From: an uncultured Chitinophaga sp.
Lineage (GTDB): Bacteria > Bacteroidota > Bacteroidia > Chitinophagales > Chitinophagaceae
Direction: 5' to 3'
Assembly (NCBI GenBank): GCA_964475505.1
Contig: CAYYXC010000001.1
Coordinates: 22,071 to 61,128 of the forward strand
Length of the DNA stretch: 39,058 nucleotides
Below are positions 29,152 to 36,376 of the stretch, piece after piece. Position numbers and translations under genes: made by a program. How positions within the stretch are numbered: the stretch's first letter is position 1; every line of letters begins with the position of its first letter. The notes under the pieces were generated by a model. That model made no database searches. It saw only the letters and a list, made by a program, of their open reading frames with translations, and was not told where the DNA came from.

Positions 29152-29676
29152 GTGAAAAACCTCCTATCCATCGCCGGACTTGTTTTGATGTCCCTTTCCG
29201 CGTTGCACTGCGGAGCGCAGCAAAAAAACAATCCTGCTACAAATCCAATTATGGAAAAAAAGAACCCCGTTTATTCAAACACCGACACCGCAAAAGTCAA
29301 TTTGACCGAAGCCGAATGGAAAAAACTTTTACCGGCCGATGTGTTTTATATCGCGCGTTTGAAGGGAACGGAGCGTCCTTGGACCAGTCCATTTGAAAAG
29401 CACAAAGAGGTGGGCACATACTACTGCGCAGCTTGTGGCAATCCGTTGTTCAAAAGCGATACGAAATTCGACAGCGGATGCGGATGGCCCAGTTTCTATG
29501 AACCGGTTGGCAAAGGAAATATTATATATACTCCTGATTACACCCACGGCATGACCCGCACGGAAGTGCAGTGTGGTCGCTGCAAAGCGCATTTGGGACA
29601 TGTATTTGATGATGGTCCGCCCCCTACGGGATTGCGTTATTGTATCAATGGGGTGATTCTCGATTTTAAGAAGTAG
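29152..29676 (+). CDS. msrB: Peptide-methionine (R)-S-oxide reductase with an N-terminal export/lipoprotein signal
   Basis: GTERP, CAAC and CGRC Zn motifs, KFDSGCGWPSF, HLGHVFDDGP, RYCING. Confidence 0.95.
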   Translation: MKNLLSIAGLVLMSLSALHCGAQQKNNPATNPIMEKKNPVYSNTDTAKVNLTEAEWKKLLPADVFYIARLKGTERPWTSPFEKHKEVGTYYCAACGNPLFKSDTKFDSGCGWPSFYEPVGKGNIIYTPDYTHGMTRTEVQCGRCKAHLGHVFDDGPPPTGLRYCINGVILDFKK

Positions 29677-30057
29677 CGGGTAGAGGGTAGAGGGTTTAGG
29701 GTTTAGGGCGGTCTTTCGAAGAGCGGCGATTTTTTTAGACAATGTCTCTATAGCCGATCGGAGGGACGCCAGTTCGATCTCATCAACATATCCGATCCTC
29801 CTAGAGAGGATCAGTTGGTTCAAGACTTCCATCAGGCTACTATAGGCCATACTGAAGAAATGTGCTTGATCTTTCTTAGAAGTACGTCCGGATCCCTCTG
29901 CAAGATTCGATGATACAGAGACTGCAGCACGTCTTACCTGATGACTCAACCCATACTGCTCCCGAAAGGGAAATTTATTGGTAACGGCATAAACCTCGGC
30001 AGTAAGATCCATAGACAAACGCCAAACTTCCAGCCGTTCAAAGGAATACACGAACAT
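29329..30057 (-). CDS. Four-helix-bundle protein (23S rRNA IVS-protein / Avd-like family): 118-aa domain at 30057-29704 plus a 124-aa read-through tail antisense to msrB
   Basis: SFERLEVWR, FP..EQYGLSHQVRRAAVSVSSNLAEGSGR, FFSMAYSSLMEV..QL family signature. No in-frame stop until 29329. Confidence 0.88.
   Translation of the reverse strand: MFVYSFERLEVWRLSMDLTAEVYAVTNKFPFREQYGLSHQVRRAAVSVSSNLAEGSGRTSKKDQAHFFSMAYSSLMEVLNQLILSRRIGYVDEIELASLRSAIETLSKKIAALRKTALNPKPSTLYPLLLKIENHPIDTITQSRRGRTIIKYMSQMRFAATTLHFRAGHAVGVIRSIYNISFANRFIETGPSASAVEFRIAFEQRIATSCAVVCAHLFVLFKWTGPRTLRSLQTRDIKHIGR
29673..29707 (+). repeat. Left heptamer arm of the four-helix-bundle cassette
   Basis: GTAGCGG GTAGAGG GTAGAGG GTTTAGG GTTTAGG. 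The first unit contains the msrB TAG. Confidence 0.9.
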
Positions 30058-30112
30058 GATCCACAACATTAAACTTATAACTGCTAAGAGCAAATACCAC
30101 TAACCGTCTGGC

Positions 30113-30133
30113 CCTCTACCCTCTACTCTCTAC
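30113..30133 (-). repeat. Right heptamer arm of the four-helix-bundle cassette (inverted relative to the left arm)
   Basis: CCTCTAC CCTCTAC TCTCTAC, the reverse complement of the GTAGAGG units. Confidence 0.9.
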
Positions 30134-30154
30134 GTTTTCTCATAATTTCGCACC

Positions 30155-31426
30155 ATGAAAGCGCCTAAACTTTCCCAACTGGCCGAGACCCTGATCGGAT
30201 CTGAGATAGTCAAACTGGGCGCTGAGATCAAAGAGAAAATTCGCCAAGGAGCATCGGTATACAATTTCACAGTAGGAGATTTTGATCCTTCCATTTTTCC
30301 CATTCCCGCTGAACTCCAAGCACACATTGAGAAAGCCTATCAGGAAAAGCATACCAACTACCCGATGGCCGAGGGAAATATCGAGTTGCGTCAGGCGCTT
30401 AAATCATTTATCAAGCATTATCAGGTACTCGATTACGATCTGTCTGAAATTCTGGTTGCATCTGGCGGCAGACCGCTGATCTATACCATCTTCCGCACCG
30501 TTTGCGACCCGGGAGATAAAATTGTATACGCAGTTCCTTCCTGGAATAACAATCACTACACGCATTTCGTGGATGGGGAACACATCGTATTGGAGGCAAA
30601 GGCAGAAAATAATTTTATGCCTACCGCAGCTGAACTCAAACCGCATCTGCGCGGGGCAACACTGTTGGCCCTTTGCTCTCCGCAAAATCCGACCGGCACC
30701 ACGTTTCGCCGCGAAGAACTAGAGGCGATCTGCGACCTGATATTGGAGGAGAACGCAAGACGCGGACCGGGAGAAAAGAAATTATACGTGATGTTCGATC
30801 AGATGTATTGGCACCTCACGTACGGCGACATTCAACACTACGATCCGGTTTCTTTGCGACCTGCCATGAAGGAGTTCACCATTTTTGTGGATGCCATCAG
30901 TAAAGTATTTGCCTCCACCGGACTGCGCGTTGGCTGGGGCATGGGTCCCGCACCCGTGATCGCCAAAATGAAATCCATTCTCACGCACATGGGTGCCTGG
31001 GCGCCCATGGCAGAGCAAAAAGGATTGGCTGATTATCTACAGGACTTCCCCTCCATCGATCGATACTTATCTCATTTCAAATCGGAAGTACTGCATCGAC
31101 TCACTCGTATTCACGACGGAATCATTGAACTGAAAAAAGCCGGATTCCCCATTGATGCCATTGTGCCCGAAGCAGCGATCTATCTCACTGTGAAGGTTGA
31201 TCTGACCGGATGGAAACAAACTAATGGAACCCAGCTGAAATCACAAGCTGAAATCACGCAGTTTCTGTTGAACGAAGCCTCACTGGCCATCGTTCCGTTC
31301 TATGCCTTTGGAAGCGATCGAGAGAACCCATGGTATCGTCTCAGCGTAGGCACTTGCAAAAAAGAAGAAATCGATGCCATGCTTGGAAAATTGGCAGCGG
31401 CATTAAATGGGCTTATTCGCCCCTGA
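30155..31426 (+). CDS. PLP-dependent aminotransferase class I/II (aspartate aminotransferase-like)
   Basis: CSPQNPTG, FDQMY, AISKVFASTGLRVGW (PLP lysine). Preceded by TAATTTCG-cacc. Confidence 0.9.
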   Translation: MKAPKLSQLAETLIGSEIVKLGAEIKEKIRQGASVYNFTVGDFDPSIFPIPAELQAHIEKAYQEKHTNYPMAEGNIELRQALKSFIKHYQVLDYDLSEILVASGGRPLIYTIFRTVCDPGDKIVYAVPSWNNNHYTHFVDGEHIVLEAKAENNFMPTAAELKPHLRGATLLALCSPQNPTGTTFRREELEAICDLILEENARRGPGEKKLYVMFDQMYWHLTYGDIQHYDPVSLRPAMKEFTIFVDAISKVFASTGLRVGWGMGPAPVIAKMKSILTHMGAWAPMAEQKGLADYLQDFPSIDRYLSHFKSEVLHRLTRIHDGIIELKKAGFPIDAIVPEAAIYLTVKVDLTGWKQTNGTQLKSQAEITQFLLNEASLAIVPFYAFGSDRENPWYRLSVGTCKKEEIDAMLGKLAAALNGLIRP

Positions 31427-31654
31427 TCAATTCTTACCAATCAAAAAACGGAAAGGACGGAGTTCGCTGCGGCTGGCCTCCTTTTGGATCTTGCGTATCG
31501 ATAACGTAATGTGATTGCGATCGACCAACTGATAGGCCTGAGCAAAATCCTCATCGCTCAATTGAGCGCACAGCCATTGGGTCATTCGAAGATGCTCTAC
31601 AATCGAGGGATCCCCAAAAAGGACCAACAAATGATGTTTTGAAACCCGTTGCAT
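31427..31654 (-). CDS. Small hypothetical protein (75 aa)
   Basis: ATG-start ORF filling the gap. Lies 11 bp downstream of a small lipoprotein ORF on the same strand. Its stop abuts the aminotransferase stop. Confidence 0.6.
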   Translation of the reverse strand: MQRVSKHHLLVLFGDPSIVEHLRMTQWLCAQLSDEDFAQAYQLVDRNHITLSIRKIQKEASRSELRPFRFLIGKN

Positions 31655-31665
31655 ATGCGGTTAAA

Positions 31666-31797
31666 CTACATACCCCTATTGCTGGGGCATCCACAATTTT
31701 TACTGTTTTTGCCCGAACCGGAATAATAATTCCGATTGCAGGAAAGCAATACTACGGAGAGGATCAGTACAAAAATCGTTTTGTATAAGGGTCGCAT
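31666..31797 (-). CDS. Unannotated 43-aa lipoprotein MRPLYKTIFVLILSVVLLSCNRNYYSGSGKNSKNCGCPSNRGM
   Basis: Manual translation (below the ORF-track cutoff). Basic N-region, hydrophobic core, lipobox LLSC and a CGCP motif. Confidence 0.75.
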   Translation of the reverse strand: MRPLYKTIFVLILSVVLLSCNRNYYSGSGKNSKNCGCPSNRGM

Positions 31798-31809
31798 GCG
31801 ATTCGGCTT

Positions 31810-31829
31810 TCAAAATAAAACTATTTTGA
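31810..31829. promoter_or_regulatory. Symmetric element TCAAAATA-AAAC-TATTTTGA between divergent genes (back-to-back -7-like boxes or an operator)
   Basis: Perfect 8-bp inverted repeat, 12 bp from each flanking ATG (31797 and 31842). Confidence 0.45.
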
Positions 31830-31841
31830 GCCCGGTTTCAT

Positions 31842-32897
31842 ATGCCGGACAAAAAAAATAACAACTCAAAAAGGGTATTGGTTGCTCCACTCGATTGGGG
31901 CTTGGGACATGCTACCCGCTGTATCCCCTTGATCCAGGGCCTAATGGATGAGGGAAATCAGGTATTTCTGGCAGGCAGCGGCCCCTCCGGCTACCTCTTG
32001 CACAGCAGTTTTCCTGAATTGCCCTATAACGAGATACCGGCACATCCCGTACGATATGCCCGAACAAAAAGAGGTTTTCACTGGTCGATCCTCAAACAAC
32101 TTCCGGCATTATTGAAGCAAATAAGTGCTGAGAAAAAATGGATAAACCAATTCTGCACCAACCAACCCATAGATCAAGTTATTTCTGACAATCGCTATGG
32201 ATTGCACCATCCGGCTGCATATAACATCCTGCTGACGCATCAATTGGGATTGAGGTCGGGTCTTTCTCCCTGGGCCGATCGCATCCTGCAGTACATTAAA
32301 AGACGATTGCTTAAAAATTTTCAGGAAGTATGGATCCCGGACCATGCAGATGGATCAACCCTCAGCGGTGCCTTGGGTCACCCTACGTACAAAACCCGTG
32401 TACCAACCAAATATATTGGTCCCCTTAGTCGTTTCCACTACCGAAACCACACCATTATTCCAGATAAGATCACCATCGTTTTATCTGGTCCGGAACCACA
32501 ACGAAGTCTCCTCGAAGAAAAATGCATAAAGGAATTGGCTGATCGAAAAGGAGCAGTCACCCTGATCCGTGCTTTGCCACAAAAAGGAGTGTCCTTGCAT
32601 GCACCTGAACATTGGAAGGTTTTTGATCATTTGCCTACGGATCAAATGCAAAAGGAGATCGAAGAAGCTGCCTTTGTAATTACGCGTTGCGGCTACAGCA
32701 CCCTGATGGATCTTAGCACATTGAAGAAACCAGCGATATTAATACCAACACCCGGACAGCCCGAACAGGAATATTTAGCATCTTGGATAAATAATAAACA
32801 TGGATTCATTTGTATCAACCAAGATGACCTGTTGAGTGAATCGATAAAAAGATTCGAAGATCAATTGGGTTCGCATGATAAATTTGCGACCGAATGA
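31842..32897 (+). CDS. GT-B fold glycosyltransferase (GT28/GT1-like)
   Basis: PLDWGLGHATRCIP, VISDNRYG, SGPEPQR, RCGYSTLMDL, IPTPGQPEQEYLA. Confidence 0.85.
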   Translation: MPDKKNNNSKRVLVAPLDWGLGHATRCIPLIQGLMDEGNQVFLAGSGPSGYLLHSSFPELPYNEIPAHPVRYARTKRGFHWSILKQLPALLKQISAEKKWINQFCTNQPIDQVISDNRYGLHHPAAYNILLTHQLGLRSGLSPWADRILQYIKRRLLKNFQEVWIPDHADGSTLSGALGHPTYKTRVPTKYIGPLSRFHYRNHTIIPDKITIVLSGPEPQRSLLEEKCIKELADRKGAVTLIRALPQKGVSLHAPEHWKVFDHLPTDQMQKEIEEAAFVITRCGYSTLMDLSTLKKPAILIPTPGQPEQEYLASWINNKHGFICINQDDLLSESIKRFEDQLGSHDKFATE

Positions 32898-33799
32898 CTA
32901 TACAAACCCGCGCCCATCTTGGTGTACTGTTCACCAATTTCTTTTTTGCACTGAACCTAAGTTTAGTACAATTTGTTTCCCCCGAACCGCTGGGTCCGTA
33001 TGGTGTGAATCTATTTCGGGTTGGAGGAAGTTTATTGTTGTTCTGGGCCATGGCTTTTTTGGTGAAATCTGATCAGGATAAACCCATCCGAAAACAGGAT
33101 TGGATGCGATTGGTCGCCTGCGGTTTCACCGGCATTTTTCTAAACCAAACCTTATTCATCAAGGGGCTGACCCTTACCTCTACCATTCACGCTGCCTTGC
33201 TGATGTTGAGTACACCTTTGGTGATCACGGGACTGGCTGTTTTTTTTCTAAAAGAAAAATTACGCTGGCTTCAGGCAATCGGTTTATTGCTGGGATTGAC
33301 CGGCGCCGTTGTACTGATCATGGATCGATCCAACATGGGTGCAGATTCATTGTTGGGCGACGGGCTCATCATCATCAATGCCATCTCTTACGCGATCTAT
33401 TTTATTATAGTAAAACCATTAATGGAGTACTATCCGCCAACACAAGTCATTCGATGGGTTTTTACGTTTGGGGCGGTTGGCATTATACCGATCGGACTCA
33501 CACAAGGCGCAGAGGCATTATTGATTGGACTCTCATCTCTTGAATGGCTGGCACTGTTCGTAGTGGTTTTTTGTGGTACCTATCTGGCATATTCACTCAA
33601 TATCCGTGGCATTCAGATCCTCGGCGCGGGCATAACAGGATCCTATATTTATTTTCAACCCATCTTCGCTACCCTCATCGCAATTATTTTTCTGAACGAT
33701 CATCCCACCCCCGGTAAATTACTGGCAGCAGGGTTGATCTTTTTGGGGGTGTATTTGAATAGCCGGAAGAGAGTTGAGAAGATGGGGGTTGAGGGTTGA
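32894..33799 (+). CDS. DMT/EamA family transporter
   Basis: About 10 TM segments with two EamA repeats (FFLKEKL, YFQPIFATLIAIIFL). ATGA overlap with the upstream gene. Confidence 0.9.
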   Translation: MTIQTRAHLGVLFTNFFFALNLSLVQFVSPEPLGPYGVNLFRVGGSLLLFWAMAFLVKSDQDKPIRKQDWMRLVACGFTGIFLNQTLFIKGLTLTSTIHAALLMLSTPLVITGLAVFFLKEKLRWLQAIGLLLGLTGAVVLIMDRSNMGADSLLGDGLIIINAISYAIYFIIVKPLMEYYPPTQVIRWVFTFGAVGIIPIGLTQGAEALLIGLSSLEWLALFVVVFCGTYLAYSLNIRGIQILGAGITGSYIYFQPIFATLIAIIFLNDHPTPGKLLAAGLIFLGVYLNSRKRVEKMGVEG

Positions 33800-33898
33800 G
33801 GTAGATTGTTTTTAGTATAATGTTGAAGTAAAGTTGTTAGTTTGGATACTCATAATATTACTGCTTGGAATCTCAACACTCAACCCTAATCCATAAAC
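33773..33898. repeat. Inverted heptamer array (GTTGAGR type), empty site C
   Basis: Left arm GTTGAGA-a-GATGGGG-GTTGAGG-GTTGAGG (33773-33801). Right arm TCTCAAC-ACTCAAC-CCTAATC-CATAAAC (33871-33898). Confidence 0.8.
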
Positions 33899-34377
33899 GT
33901 GTCCTCGTACTCATGCGCCATGCAAAGACAGAGTCGCCTTATACACTCAAGCGTGACTTCGATCGCATGCTAACTGAAAAGGGGGAGAAAGATGCACTGG
34001 AGATGGGGGGATGGTTAAACTCAGCGGGCATGGAGTTCAATCTGATCTTGTCCAGCACGGCTGAGCGTACCCGACAAACCACTGAACTAGTTTGTAAGGC
34101 AATGCACATCGAGGAGTCGATGGTGCGACTCCAAAGCGACCTCTATCACGCATCGCCCGAGATCTTTTTCAACGTGATCCGATCGCTCCCGGATACCGTG
34201 AAAAACGTACTGATCGTTTCACACAACGACGGCATCACGCATTTCGCGAATATGCTCACCGATGCACGTATTGACTACATGCAACCCGCTTCCGTATTTG
34301 CGGTCAGCTGCAACTGTGAAACGTGGGAATTCTTTCAGGAGTCGGAACGAGAATTTGTTTTCTATAAACAGCCTTGA
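33865..34377 (+). CDS. sixA: SixA-type phosphohistidine phosphatase (histidine phosphatase superfamily); start uncertain
   Basis: LMRHAK, DFDRMLTEKG, LSSTAERTRQT, IVSHNDG. Confidence 0.85.
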   Translation: MESQHSTLIHKRVLVLMRHAKTESPYTLKRDFDRMLTEKGEKDALEMGGWLNSAGMEFNLILSSTAERTRQTTELVCKAMHIEESMVRLQSDLYHASPEIFFNVIRSLPDTVKNVLIVSHNDGITHFANMLTDARIDYMQPASVFAVSCNCETWEFFQESEREFVFYKQP

Positions 34378-34470
34378 GGAAGTTGAGGAGATGGAGGTGA
34401 GGGTTGAGGTTAAACGTTGAACATTTTACCTAGAACTTCAACACTCAACTCAATCCCCTCAACCCCTAAT
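34373..34470. repeat. Inverted heptamer array (GTTGAGR type), empty site D
   Basis: Left arm CTTGAGG..GTTGAGG-a-GATGGAG-GTGAGG-GTTGAGG..GTTGAAC (34373-34422). Right arm CTTCAAC-ACTCAAC-TCAATCC-CCTCAAC-CCCTAAT (34436-34470). Lies between the convergent sixA and purF. Confidence 0.8.
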
Positions 34471-36313
34471 ACCCCCGCTCATTCCTTCCCTCCATGTAAT
34501 TCATGAAGGCGCGGTTTACCACGCGGTTGCCGCCCGGAGTGGGATAGTTACCGGTGAAATACCAATCACCGCGGTTGTTGGGGCAGGACTTATGTAAATT
34601 CTCGATGTTCTGGAAAATGACCTCCACCGGAATCTTGACATCGGGAGGTGTGATCAAGGCGGCAATCTCCTGAGTCAATTCATCGGTTGAAAAATGTCCG
34701 TAAAATTCTTTCACCAGGTTCACCGTATGCAACTGATCGTTTTCGGCTAGCGCCTGACAACGAGTAAACAATTCATCCATCATTCCAGTCAATTGCTTTT
34801 TCTTGGCCAGTGATACTGCTGCATTGAAAGCAATGAAATCACCCATCTTACTCATATCAATTCCATAACAATCGGGGTAACGGATTTGCGGACAAGATGA
34901 AACCACTACGATTTTTTTGGGCTTCAAACGGGAAAGCATGCGAATGATGCTCTCGCGCAGCGTAGTACCCCGAACAATGGAATCATCGATCACAACCAAG
35001 GCGTCTTCGTTGGGACGAATGGTTCCGTACGTAATATCATACACGTGCTGCACCATCTCATTTCTACTGGCATCCTCTGTGATGAAGGTGCGCATCTTCA
35101 CATCTTTGATCGCGATCTTTTCAATTCGGATCTTTCGATTGATCATCTCGCGCAATTTTTCCTCATCGTAGTCTTTCCCCCAGCTGAGAATTCGTTCGAA
35201 TTTGATCTCATTCAAATAATCCTCCATCCCCTTCAGCAATCCATAAAAAGCCACTTCGGCCGTGTTGGGAATGAATGAGAACTTAGTATTCTTTAGATCA
35301 TGGTCAATGGCATTCAAAACCTGCTCACTCAGATTATAACCCAATGCCAGTCGCTCCTGGTAGATCTTCTCATCGCTGCCTCTCGAAAAATAGATCCGCT
35401 CGAAACTACAAGCCAAGCGTGTTTTTGGCTCCAGGATCTGCATTAAATCAATTTCACCCTTCTCATTTACGATCAGGGCCTGTCCCGGCATCAACTCCTT
35501 TACTTCATTTTCACCCACATTGAAACAGGTACGTATGGCAGATCGCTCAGAGGCCCCTACAATCACTTCGTCGTCGATATAATAATAGGCAGGGCGAATA
35601 CCGTGTGCATCACGGAATAAAAATCCAATACCACTGCCCGTAGCACCACCCACAAAATATCCTCCATCCAATTGCGGCAATGTATGCTTGAGTACCGACT
35701 CGATGTTCATTTTGTGCGGACTACTTTCATCCTCTTCGCACAAACGCGTGTACATGAATTCGATCATGGCAGCGAGGTCGCTGAAGCGAACCGATTCTTG
35801 CGGCTCTTTACCAATTGCAGTATACAACTCGTCTGCATTGACAATGTTGAAATTCCCGGCCAAGGCCAGGTTTCGAGCGGGGATGGTATCGCGGTTGATG
35901 AAAGGGTGACAATACTCTACTTTATTCTTTCCCTGCGTTCCGTAGCGAAGGTGACCGATCATCAATTCACCCAAAAAATTCAAATGACCCTTTAGCAATC
36001 CAGGTTGATTCTTTATTTGCGGGTGATATTTTTCAAGTTCACTTACTTCCTGTCCGATTTGCTGAAAAATATCGGCGATGGCCTGAGGTGCATTGCTCCG
36101 CAAACGATTCATGAAAGGATAGCCGGGTTCTACATCCAATTTAACCGTAGCGATTCCTGCTCCATCCTGACCTCGGTTGTGTTGCTTCTCCATCAGCAGA
36201 TAGAGTTTGTTCAAGCCCCAAAGAGCCGTTCCATATCGCTGCTGGTAATAGGAAAAAGGTTTACGCAAGCGAATGAAGGCAAGGCCGCATTCGTGTTTAA
36301 TGGGATCGCTCAT
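34466..36313 (-). CDS. purF: Amidophosphoribosyltransferase (Bacteroidota type)
   Basis: Short propeptide then Ntn cysteine (MSDPIKHE-CG), QHNRGQDGAG, GHLRYGT, CSFERIYFSR, PRPP motif VVIDDSIVRGTT, CYGIDM. Confidence 0.93.
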   Translation of the reverse strand: MSDPIKHECGLAFIRLRKPFSYYQQRYGTALWGLNKLYLLMEKQHNRGQDGAGIATVKLDVEPGYPFMNRLRSNAPQAIADIFQQIGQEVSELEKYHPQIKNQPGLLKGHLNFLGELMIGHLRYGTQGKNKVEYCHPFINRDTIPARNLALAGNFNIVNADELYTAIGKEPQESVRFSDLAAMIEFMYTRLCEEDESSPHKMNIESVLKHTLPQLDGGYFVGGATGSGIGFLFRDAHGIRPAYYYIDDEVIVGASERSAIRTCFNVGENEVKELMPGQALIVNEKGEIDLMQILEPKTRLACSFERIYFSRGSDEKIYQERLALGYNLSEQVLNAIDHDLKNTKFSFIPNTAEVAFYGLLKGMEDYLNEIKFERILSWGKDYDEEKLREMINRKIRIEKIAIKDVKMRTFITEDASRNEMVQHVYDITYGTIRPNEDALVVIDDSIVRGTTLRESIIRMLSRLKPKKIVVVSSCPQIRYPDCYGIDMSKMGDFIAFNAAVSLAKKKQLTGMMDELFTRCQALAENDQLHTVNLVKEFYGHFSTDELTQEIAALITPPDVKIPVEVIFQNIENLHKSCPNNRGDWYFTGNYPTPGGNRVVNRAFMNYMEGRNERGY

Positions 36314-36351
36314 ACAGATGGAAAATCAAATTTAATTCGGTTCGTATCAAC

Positions 36352-36372
36352 AAAAAACCGCCCGAGGGCGGT
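36352..36372 (-). terminator. Intrinsic terminator after surA
   Basis: On the minus strand, ACCGCC-CTCG-GGCGGT followed by a U-tract, 4 nt after the stop codon. Confidence 0.8.
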
Positions 36373-36376
36373 CCAT

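Noticed and set aside
29329-30133. Diversity-generating retroelement or 23S rRNA intervening sequence, suggested by the Avd/IVS-like protein
   Set aside because: No reverse transcriptase, no TR/VR pair differing at adenines and no rRNA sequence in the window.
25265-34470. CRISPR array interpretation of the repeats
   Set aside because: Units are 7 bp, tandem and degenerate, with no unique ~30-bp spacers and no cas genes.
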